The position numbers and the translations under genes were made by a program. A DNA stretch of 60,681 bases from a virus (lineage: Duplodnaviria; Caudoviricetes): the IMG/VR virus record IMGVR_UViG_3300037343_000006, positions 1 to 60,681 of that record; one strand, 5' to 3'. Below, piece by piece: positions 28,412-35,712 of the stretch. The notes under the pieces were generated by a model that saw only the letters and a list, made by a program, of their open reading frames with translations, ran no database searches and was not told the origin of the DNA. Within the stretch, counting starts at the first letter, position 1, and every line of letters begins with the position of its first letter.

Positions 28412-29503
28412 TCACTTCTTATCTGCTGCAAACAGGTAGTTGTTCTGCATGGCCCACGCCGTGAACTTCTTGTTGGTCATCACCATAGCCTGCTTGGAAT
28501 ACTTGGGAGCACGCACACCATTGGCGAACATACCCTGCGCTTCCTTGTCGAGCCGCTGCATATATTCCATCCACGCATCGAGCCAGTCACGCTCCAATGA
28601 TGCAAGTGTCCGATACACCACCATACAAATAGCTGCGGCAGAGGCAGGCACTAGTGCATTGAGCGGGTCTTTCTTGATGCTCTCCAGCGAGGGCAGCTGG
28701 TCAGCCAGACTGACAAAGGCCATCAGGTCCATCGCCGCACGGTCACCGATCGTGCCCATGAGCGCCGCCGTTGTAGTCTGCTGGTCGATCAGGTGGCGTT
28801 CCTTGAGAACATCCGAGGCAGCTTCGAGCGAGCGAGGTGTGACGAACGCTGCACGCTGTGCCTTGGGGTGGTAAATATATGGGTTCTCCTCGGGGTCTTT
28901 GATGTCCTCGAAGCCAAGGAACAGCTGCGGGTTGTCCTTGCACCAGCCCAACAGGGTGTGGTCCACGCCGTTGTTGATGCCCCACTCGATCCACTCCATG
29001 TTGCTCGGCTTGCGCGCAGTCACCACGGTGATGCGGTTACGTGCATGAGGTGGCAACAAGTCACCGACACCCTCGGCACCGAGGTTAGTGGTGGCGAACA
29101 CAACGCTGTCAGGATGCAGCTCGTAGCTACCGATCTTGCGCTCCAGCATGAGACGTAACAGTGCGTTCTTCACGGCGGGATTAGCCTTGCCATACTCGTC
29201 GATCATCAGGATAATTGGCCCGCCATGGTGCGCACCCAACTCCTCGTTGGTGGCATAGGTCACGTATCCTTTCCCGCTCGTCTTCATTATCTCAGGCAGC
29301 GTGATGTCACCCAAGTCCTTGGTGGTGCAGTCGAAGTAACACGCGGTGTGTTGTGGTAGATCGTTGGCGAGCGTGCGCAGCAGGCTGCTCTTGCCTGTGC
29401 CCATGTGGCCTTGCACCAGTGTGGTGCGCTTGTGACCCGTCGCCTTGATGAGTGCTGCGATCTGGTCGAGGTTGATGTGATACATCTGTTGTGCGGTAGT
29501 CAT
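28412..29503 (-). CDS. MoxR-type AAA+ ATPase
   Basis: GHMGTGKS (Walker A), LMIDEYGKA (Walker B), FATTN, RNR, TPRS. Confidence 0.85.
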   Translation of the reverse strand: MTTAQQMYHINLDQIAALIKATGHKRTTLVQGHMGTGKSSLLRTLANDLPQHTACYFDCTTKDLGDITLPEIMKTSGKGYVTYATNEELGAHHGGPIILMIDEYGKANPAVKNALLRLMLERKIGSYELHPDSVVFATTNLGAEGVGDLLPPHARNRITVVTARKPSNMEWIEWGINNGVDHTLLGWCKDNPQLFLGFEDIKDPEENPYIYHPKAQRAAFVTPRSLEAASDVLKERHLIDQQTTTAALMGTIGDRAAMDLMAFVSLADQLPSLESIKKDPLNALVPASAAAICMVVYRTLASLERDWLDAWMEYMQRLDKEAQGMFANGVRAPKYSKQAMVMTNKKFTAWAMQNNYLFAADKK

Positions 29504-29576
29504 GTGTAGTTCTCCTTGGTTGTGTTAGTGGCGGCACTAACGCCGCCTGTTTTGTTATGGTTCACTAGCCGACATC

Positions 29577-30458
29577 TTAGATGTCGAGCGAGGGCAGGGC
29601 CTTGATCGCTTTGTCCACGTTGCGCTTAGTCTCGCGGCGCAGCCACTCGTCCTCACGCAGTGCATCGGGTGTCACACCACGCATGGCTTCTTCGAGGTTG
29701 TCTGCCATGGCAGCCATCTGCATGTCGTTGGCCACGTTACACACACGCATCAGGTCGATCATCTCGGCCACGTTCTCCACGAGTGTGTCACGAAACACCT
29801 TCTTCTGTTCGTGGTCGGCGTAGTCGAGCCGCTCGCTCATGCGGGACAGCGCGTCGTATGTCCGCTTCCACACGTCCTTCATGGCGACACCCAACTGTGT
29901 GGTGTAGTAGTTCTGGTAGTGCGCGCGCAGTTCCTCGGCTGCGTCGTTGGCAATGTCGATGCGGAAGTCACCTGCATCGGGCAGCGGGATGTAAGTCAGC
30001 CTGAAGCTAAACTTGTTATGCAGGCTCTCGGTCGTGGGGTAGTCGGCGCGGATGAACAGGTCGCCCAGCTTTGTCTGTGCCTGCATGATCTCCCAGTCGT
30101 ATGCGTTCAGGAACAGCGCCACGAGCCGCCCGTATTCTGCCTGCAACGCGGTCATCTGCGCGTGATACTTGAAATACTGCGCTGTAGGCAGCAGGCGCAG
30201 CCCCGTGTCGGACCACGGCATGGTCATGGAATAGTGTGCGTTTCGCAGGTTGGCTGTGAATTTCTGCACTGCGCTCAATTCGGCGCAGTCGCCCAGCAGC
30301 TTCTTGTTCACGTTAGCTACGCCGTCAGCCGCGTAGTTCTGCGCTGTGATGTCCTTGGATGCGCGCTTGTCCAGCTTGCGTCCAGTCCACGTTGAGATGC
30401 TGAGTTCGACCAGCATGGATGACGACGAGATCGTCGGGGTATTAAAATCATTAGGCAT
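29577..30458 (-). CDS. DUF3150-like protein
   Basis: 293 aa; LVELSISTWTGRKLD, KKLL, TMPWSDTGLRLLP, DYPT...KFSF; upstream of the AAA/vWA genes. Confidence 0.65.
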   Translation of the reverse strand: MPNDFNTPTISSSSMLVELSISTWTGRKLDKRASKDITAQNYAADGVANVNKKLLGDCAELSAVQKFTANLRNAHYSMTMPWSDTGLRLLPTAQYFKYHAQMTALQAEYGRLVALFLNAYDWEIMQAQTKLGDLFIRADYPTTESLHNKFSFRLTYIPLPDAGDFRIDIANDAAEELRAHYQNYYTTQLGVAMKDVWKRTYDALSRMSERLDYADHEQKKVFRDTLVENVAEMIDLMRVCNVANDMQMAAMADNLEEAMRGVTPDALREDEWLRRETKRNVDKAIKALPSLDI

Positions 30459-30537
30459 CGTGTTCTCTCTCCAGTGTTAGTGCCGCCACTAACAAGTGAC
30501 GGCTGGTTTGTTGTAGTGTGTTTTTGTGGTATATCTT

Positions 30538-30566
30538 ACTATACCACAACGTCGTCCTTATCGCAA
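30538..30566 (-). promoter_or_regulatory. Sigma70-like leftward promoter overlapped by a GTGGTAT-N8-ATACCAC inverted repeat
   Basis: TTGCGA-N17-TATAGT with an extended TG on the minus strand; inverted repeat at 30526-30547. Confidence 0.6.
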
Positions 30567-30808
30567 ATTTGGTGGACCCTGCACTGATCGTGCAGCGTGA
30601 GGTGTATGTCTGCCCGCTCGGCTTTCATGATTACGCGCTCGGTATCCCTGCACCACCAACTCTCGGTCCGCCCGCCCGCCTCGTAGACCGCGAGAAAAGG
30701 CGCGAATGGGTCAAACGTATCTTCCCATATATCCAACGGGCCCGCCTGCCCACGAAACACAAGGGGCCATAGGTTTGTCTCGGCGCGCACGTTCCATCGC
30801 GGCGTCAT
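30539..30808 (-). CDS. Hypothetical early protein
   Basis: 89 aa, AAGG RBS, in the leftward operon. Confidence 0.5.
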   Translation of the reverse strand: MTPRWNVRAETNLWPLVFRGQAGPLDIWEDTFDPFAPFLAVYEAGGRTESWWCRDTERVIMKAERADIHLTLHDQCRVHQICDKDDVVV

Positions 30809-30809
30809 G

Positions 30810-31013
30810 TTATCGCACCTTCTGGTTAAGTTGTTTCAGTTCGGCTTTCTTGTTCACCCGCGTGTAGCCCTGCTTTGGCAGGGGGACGATGCACCATGAG
30901 GTGCGCATCGCGATAGCGGCTTCCTCGCCGCATGGCAGACAGGTCTGGTAGCCCAGCGCGCGCCGCGCAGCGGGATAGGTGTCACCGCAGGTGAGGCAAT
31001 AACAATCAAGCAT
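30810..31013 (-). CDS. C4 zinc-finger protein, DksA/TraR-like finger
   Basis: 67 aa; CLTCGDTYPAARRALGYQTCLPC; AAGGAG RBS. Confidence 0.6.
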   Translation of the reverse strand: MLDCYCLTCGDTYPAARRALGYQTCLPCGEEAAIAMRTSWCIVPLPKQGYTRVNKKAELKQLNQKVR

Positions 31014-31212
31014 CTTCTTTCTCCTTGTTAGTGGCGGCACTAACAGCCTCGTCGAAGCTGAAACCCGCATGCACGTCGCACCCGATGCCGTAGGCCTGAT
31101 CGACCTTGATGTTGGCACGGTAGAGTGCAGTGAGTTGCTCGTCGGTGAGCGGGCAGGTGGTGAACCCATAGAACGCGAAGTCGCGCATGATAGTTGCGAT
31201 ATACCATTTCAT
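31006..31212 (-). CDS. Hypothetical early protein
   Basis: 68 aa, TAAGGAG RBS. Confidence 0.55.
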   Translation of the reverse strand: MKWYIATIMRDFAFYGFTTCPLTDEQLTALYRANIKVDQAYGIGCDVHAGFSFDEAVSAATNKEKEDA

Positions 31213-31222
31213 CTTCTTCTCC

Positions 31223-31504
31223 TTACTTGTTCTCGCTGTATGACCAGCGTTCTCGTGTTAGTGGGTTGGTCTTGTTAAATGCACCGAAGGTGCGGGACTC
31301 GGCCTCGTCGCGGTTCCACTCTTTGTGCTTGGCACGGGGGGCTGTCTTGACGCCTGCTTTGGCCCGCAGGATGAACGCTTTGCCTTGGGCTTCTCGGGCG
31401 ACAGCGGCACGATAGTGGGTGGCGCACAGGGTGCGCAGCTCTTCTTTTGTCAGGCCCGCGAGGGGTCGCTGGTTCTTGTCTTGTGATAACATCTTTTCAC
31501 ACAT
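31223..31504 (-). CDS. Hypothetical early protein
   Basis: 93 aa; first ORF downstream of the 31581-31609 promoter. Confidence 0.5.
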   Translation of the reverse strand: MCEKMLSQDKNQRPLAGLTKEELRTLCATHYRAAVAREAQGKAFILRAKAGVKTAPRAKHKEWNRDEAESRTFGAFNKTNPLTRERWSYSENK

Positions 31505-31580
31505 CGGGTGGTGTTCCTTGTTAGTGCGTCACTAACAGTGGCGCGGGGTGTTGCAGGGGAGTATTTGGTGGTATGATTTA

Positions 31581-31609
31581 ACTATACCACGCCTATCAGG
31601 CTATGTCAA
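31581..31609 (-). promoter_or_regulatory. Near-consensus sigma70-like early promoter overlapped by a GTGGTAT-N9-ATACCAC inverted repeat
   Basis: TTGACA-N17-TATAGT with an extended TG; inverted repeat at 31568-31590. Confidence 0.75.
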
Positions 31610-31776
31610 ATGATGGTGAATGGTGGTGAATAGAGGTAAGGGGACGTATGTTCTTGGATGTTCTCACTTCTAATAGGTCGCGAACGCGCAGTGCCTTGAT
31701 TTCATTGAAATGTTCGGATGTTCGTTTTTTAGTTAAAATAGTATATACCTATTAAAAACCCTTCTTGGATTCAGCG

Positions 31777-31960
31777 ATTTGCGAACATGCGGGGGGACAG
31801 CTGCGCTGGGATGTATTAACTGCATTCTCGACAATTTGCGAACATTTGTTTGTTTTCAATGACTTACAAAAAACCATTTGCGAACATTTGTTTGTTTTCA
31901 ATGGGTTACAAAAAGGCCATTTTGCGAACATAGAGAACATTGTGGAATATCAATGGGTTA
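31777..31960. repeat. Iteron-like repeats (TTTGCGAACAT x4, ~42-bp period) with IHF-like boxes
   Basis: Copies near 31777, 31834, 31876 and 31920; TTTCAATgacTTA, TTTCAATgggTTA, and TATCAATgggTTA (31948-31960) resemble WATCAANNNNTTR; AT-rich. Confidence 0.65.
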
Positions 31961-32006
31961 CGCGGACACGCACCATCAGATGATACTTTACGATAGGCGC
32001 TTTTTT

Positions 32007-32291
32007 GGCTTGACAACCAGAAGAAAAACCTCCATACACTACGTGTATGGAGTCCAGCACGCCACTCAACCCCCAGCTGTGACACTCGACGCTCCCCTAA
32101 GAACTGGTTTCGGTATGTTAGTGTCACACTAACAAAATAGGGGCTTGACAACCGCAGGTAAAAGTTCGATACACGGAGTGTATCGAATCCTACAGCACAC
32201 TCAACCACGCCGCGAACGACTTATCGCGCGGTGCTGCGGCTCGACGCTCCTCTAAGAACTGGTCTCAATTTGTTAGTGTGACACTAACAAA
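32007..32291 (+). repeat. Two degenerate cassettes: GGCTTGACAACC - 10-bp hairpin - CTCGACGCTCC.CTAAGAACTGGT - palindrome
   Basis: Units 32007-32136 and 32142-32291; hairpins at 32030-32052 and 32165-32187. Confidence 0.75.
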
Positions 32292-32294
32292 GAT

Positions 32295-32450
32295 GGCGTA
32301 ACGGCAGGCACAAAAAAAGGCCCGCCCGCCGAAGCGGATGGGCCAGTGTCACGGGGTCATAAGTAGGAAGGCGTAACGGCAGGCACAAAAAAAGGCCCGC
32401 CCGCCGAAGCGGATGGGCCAGTGTCACGGGGTCATAAGTAGGAAGGCGTA
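32295..32450 (-). terminator. 75-bp tandem duplication, each copy containing an intrinsic terminator
   Basis: Minus strand reads GGCCCATCCGC-TTCG-GCGGGCGGGCC-TTTTTTT twice (period 75). Confidence 0.85.
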
Positions 32451-32498
32451 GGTGATGGCGAAGATCGCCACCACCCCGAAGATGTCAGACAGTTTCAC
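32424..32498 (-). CDS. Putative 24-aa hydrophobic membrane peptide
   Basis: GTGA overlap with the stop of 32495-33013; MKLSDIFGVVAIFAITYAFLLMTP; ends just before the terminator. Confidence 0.4.
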   Translation of the reverse strand: MKLSDIFGVVAIFAITYAFLLMTP

Positions 32499-33013
32499 TT
32501 GACCATCTTGTTCAGATCGCGAAGCGCCTTAAGAAAGTCGGCCGCGTCGAATGTCAGATCTTCCGCGCCTTGAACCAGCTTTTCGATGCTCTCTATCATC
32601 GCGCGGATCTTGTCCTCTGCCGACTTAGGCTGCTGTGGTGCACGATCATCCGCCTTGCCTTCACGCTTTTCAAGGCCGCGCTTGAAGTCGTTACGGCGCG
32701 CACCGATCTGCTGCTGCGCATAGCGCTTCTCCGCCTTGTCCGCCTCGGGCAGCGCCTTTGTTGGTGCTGCTAGAAGCTTTTGCGTGCGGGCCGTGAACCC
32801 CGCCACGATCGCCGCGTTTATCGCTTCGAATTGCTCAGGCGATGCAGTCGATCCGCCGTCTTTAGACTTGGGCGATACGAAGTCAGATGATCGCATGCCC
32901 GCCGCGACTAGCGCGTCGATGCTAGACTGCATCTTGCGTGATGCGCCTTCTACGGCAGACACGGCGGTAGTGATCGCGGCAGCGGCAGCAGTTGTGAGTG
33001 TAATGTTAGACAT
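32495..33013 (-). CDS. Hypothetical protein, first gene of the leftward arm
   Basis: 172 aa, GAGG RBS, Ala/Lys-rich and helical-looking; followed by terminators. Confidence 0.75.
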   Translation of the reverse strand: MSNITLTTAAAAAITTAVSAVEGASRKMQSSIDALVAAGMRSSDFVSPKSKDGGSTASPEQFEAINAAIVAGFTARTQKLLAAPTKALPEADKAEKRYAQQQIGARRNDFKRGLEKREGKADDRAPQQPKSAEDKIRAMIESIEKLVQGAEDLTFDAADFLKALRDLNKMVK

Positions 33014-33113
33014 GGGGTTTCCTCTCGGGTTATATCGGTCTTAATTGTTTGCCGATATCTAATAGGTAACACGTTATGACATGACACGGCAAGAGATAAC
33101 GCCGAACGGTAAC

Positions 33114-33268
33114 GCCTGCTAGGCGTAGCGCATCACGTCTTGGCTTGTTAGGGCAGCACTAACAAAACAGCCAGATCGCGACCCTACCCGCCTGCTAAGC
33201 GTAGCGCATCACGTCTTGGCTTGTTAGGGCAGCACTAACAAAACAGCCAGATCGCGACCCTACCCGCC
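33114..33268. repeat. 76-bp tandem duplication containing a GTTAGGG-cag-CACTAAC palindrome
   Basis: Period 76, one mismatch (CTAGG vs CTAAG). Confidence 0.85.
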
Positions 33269-33496
33269 CCCTACCCCCCGCAATAGGATTTAGAGTCCCA
33301 CCACTTCCTATGTATTACTAATCCAGAAGAATAAATCCGCACCCCCCACGTCACTCAGAAAACGACCATAAAAAATTTTTTATTATCAACGGGTTAGCGT
33401 TTAGCTACCCAGCGGGCTCGGCGCGCTCAGGGAAACACCCCCCGTCATGGGACCCACGGGCCCCTCGGTGCAGAAATATCGCTACGCTACGGAGTC

Positions 33497-33525
33497 TTGC
33501 GAAATTGTACCTAAACATCTATACT
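33497..33525 (+). promoter_or_regulatory. Putative rightward sigma70-like promoter for the packaging/structural arm
   Basis: TTGCGA-N17-TATACT. Confidence 0.5.
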
Positions 33526-33556
33526 TGCGACATCGGCCAACAGCCTGCGATGTATA

Positions 33557-34159
33557 ATGACTCTACAACTCACACCCGAATCCGGGGTGCCTCTTAGTAA
33601 ACGCGCACCCAAACTGGACTTGAAGGACCGCGCCGCTGCGTGCGCGAAGACCATTGAGTTGTTATCACAACACGGGCTGGACACCTCCACTACCGCGGAG
33701 GATAGGGATACCGCAGCTGCATTAGCCGTGGCATACGCGCAGAACCCGGAAAAGACGTCTAAGGCTACGACCACTGCCCGCACCGCGCAGCTCACCCCCG
33801 CAGTTATCAAAGAGACGCACAAGATTCTCGACGAGTTCGGGCGTCAGGTGGTGGACTCGGCGATAACCGTACGGCACCTTGTCACTAACAAGCTGATCTT
33901 GGAGACCGAGAACCCGGACCCAAGGGTGCGTATCAAGGCGCTGGAGCTGCTTGGTAAGATGTCAGACGTTGGGCTCTTCACAGAGAAGAGCGAGGTGACG
34001 ATCACGCACCAGACGACAGATGATCTAAAGGAGAAGCTGCGGAGGAAGCTGCAGAGACTGACAGCCCCGCAACCGGTAGAGCCAGACATAGAAGATGCCA
34101 TCATCATAGATGGCGACGCTGTCGACGTAGACGCCGAGCTTGGGTTCGACGATGAATAA
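33557..34159 (+). CDS. Putative terminase small subunit
   Basis: 200 aa directly upstream of TerL; RIKALELLGKMSDVGLFTEKSEVTI motif. Confidence 0.65.
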   Translation: MTLQLTPESGVPLSKRAPKLDLKDRAAACAKTIELLSQHGLDTSTTAEDRDTAAALAVAYAQNPEKTSKATTTARTAQLTPAVIKETHKILDEFGRQVVDSAITVRHLVTNKLILETENPDPRVRIKALELLGKMSDVGLFTEKSEVTITHQTTDDLKEKLRRKLQRLTAPQPVEPDIEDAIIIDGDAVDVDAELGFDDE

Positions 34160-35702
34160 GCTGCTGGACCTCGGCGATGTCGAGATAGAAGCACTGCTGG
34201 AGAATCTGGACGGGATGAGCCCCGAGGAGCTGGCTGAGATCGACCTGATGGTTGACGAGCTGGCTAACCGTAAAACAAATCAGGATGCGTATGACGACCT
34301 GCTAGCGTTCTGCAAGAAGATGGACCCGAACTATCTTGTGGGGCGGCACCACCGCATCCTTGCCAACATGCTGACAGCCATTGAGCGTGGGGATAAAGAC
34401 CGTATCTGCGTGAACATGCCACCACGCCACGGTAAATCGCAGCTCGTGTCTATATTCTATCCTGCGTGGTTCCTTGGGCGGAACCCGGACAAGAAGGTTA
34501 TGATGGTGTCTCACACCACGGACCTCGCCGTGGACTTCGGGCGCAAGGTGCGTAACCTCATCGCGACAGATACGTACAAGTCTATATTCCCCACAGTCTC
34601 GCTCGCTACCGACTCTAAGTCTGCAGGGCGGTGGAACACTAACATGAAGGGCGAGTATTTTGCCTGCGGCATCGGTAGCTCGATCGCGGGCCGCGGTGCT
34701 GACCTTTTGCTCGTGGACGACCCCCACTCAGAGCAGGACGTGCTGAATGGTAACTTCAGTGCCTTTGAGCGAGCCTATGAGTGGTTCACATTCGGCGCGC
34801 GTACCCGCCTGATGCCGGGCGGACGGGTAGCTATTGTACAGACGCGCTGGCACCTTGACGACCTTACAGGCCGTGTAACACGTGACATGGGGAAGAACGC
34901 TGAGGCCGACCAGTATGAGGTGGTGGAGTTCCCCGCGATCCTCGACGTCGAGGACCCCAAAACAAAGAAGATTATACAAAAGCCGCTCTGGCCAGAGTTC
35001 TTTGATCTGGCAGCGCTAGCGCGCACCAAGGCATCCATGCCGGTGTTTCAGTGGAACGCGCAGTACCAGCAGCAGCCCACCGCCGAAGAGGCTGCGCTCA
35101 TCAAGCGGGATTGGTGGCAGCAGTGGGAGAAGGACGACGCGCCCAGCTGTGAGTATATAATCATGTCGCTCGACGCTGCAGCCGAGAAACACAACCGTGC
35201 CGACTTCACCGCACTAACAACTTGGGGTGTGTTCCTCAACGAAGAGACTAACGCGCACAACATCATATTGTTAAATAGCATAAAGCAGCGTATGGAGTTC
35301 CCTGAGCTTAAACAGATGGCGATGGAGGCGTACCGTGAATGGGAGCCTGACTCGTTTATTGTTGAGAAGAAGAGTTCGGGCACTGCACTGTATCAGGAGA
35401 TGCGTCGGATGGGGCTGCCAGTCTCAGAATATACACCGCACCGCGGGTCAGGTGACAAGCTGGCGCGACTAAATTCAGTTGCAGACATCGTGGCATCGGG
35501 TATCTGCTGGGTTCCACAGACACGCTGGGCCGAAGAAGTGGTCGAAGAGATTGCTGGATTTCCATTTATGTCGCATGATGACTTGGTGGACTCTACAGTT
35601 ATGGCCCTCATGCGGTTCCGGAGCGGAGGGTTTATCCGCCTGCCGACCGACGAGGAAGACGAGCAGAGATACTTCAAACAACGCCGGGGCGGCTTCTACT
35701 GA
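34152..35702 (+). CDS. terL: Terminase large subunit
   Basis: MPPRHGKS (Walker A), GRGADLLLVDDP, TRWHLDD, QYQQQP, HDDLVDS nuclease motif. Confidence 0.95.
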   Translation: MNKLLDLGDVEIEALLENLDGMSPEELAEIDLMVDELANRKTNQDAYDDLLAFCKKMDPNYLVGRHHRILANMLTAIERGDKDRICVNMPPRHGKSQLVSIFYPAWFLGRNPDKKVMMVSHTTDLAVDFGRKVRNLIATDTYKSIFPTVSLATDSKSAGRWNTNMKGEYFACGIGSSIAGRGADLLLVDDPHSEQDVLNGNFSAFERAYEWFTFGARTRLMPGGRVAIVQTRWHLDDLTGRVTRDMGKNAEADQYEVVEFPAILDVEDPKTKKIIQKPLWPEFFDLAALARTKASMPVFQWNAQYQQQPTAEEAALIKRDWWQQWEKDDAPSCEYIIMSLDAAAEKHNRADFTALTTWGVFLNEETNAHNIILLNSIKQRMEFPELKQMAMEAYREWEPDSFIVEKKSSGTALYQEMRRMGLPVSEYTPHRGSGDKLARLNSVADIVASGICWVPQTRWAEEVVEEIAGFPFMSHDDLVDSTVMALMRFRSGGFIRLPTDEEDEQRYFKQRRGGFY

Positions 35703-35712
35703 GGGATAAGAC

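Larger units (their letters stand above)
18037..33239. repeat. Dispersed palindrome family GTTAGTG-N3/4-CACTAAC (16 copies)
   Basis: Copies start at 18037, 19691, 21268, 21586*, 24001, 26319, 27563, 28183, 29524, 30476, 31027, 31520, 32117, 32272, 33147*, 33223* (* = one arm is GTTAGGG/CCCTAAC). Confidence 0.9.

Noticed and set aside
31645-31940. Alphaproteobacterial LexA boxes (GTTC-N7-GTTC)
   Set aside because: The GTTC/GAAC pairs I checked are spaced 4, 5 or 6 nt apart, not 7.
31752-32208. ORFs of 62-100 aa in the divergence region
   Set aside because: They translate the DNA repeats (ICEHLFVFN twice) and lack convincing RBSs; the region is treated as non-coding.
31777-33268. CRISPR or mini-array (tempting given the Cas4-like gene)
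   Set aside because: There are no constant repeats with unique, equal-length spacers; the Cas4-like nuclease sits among replication genes with no other cas genes.
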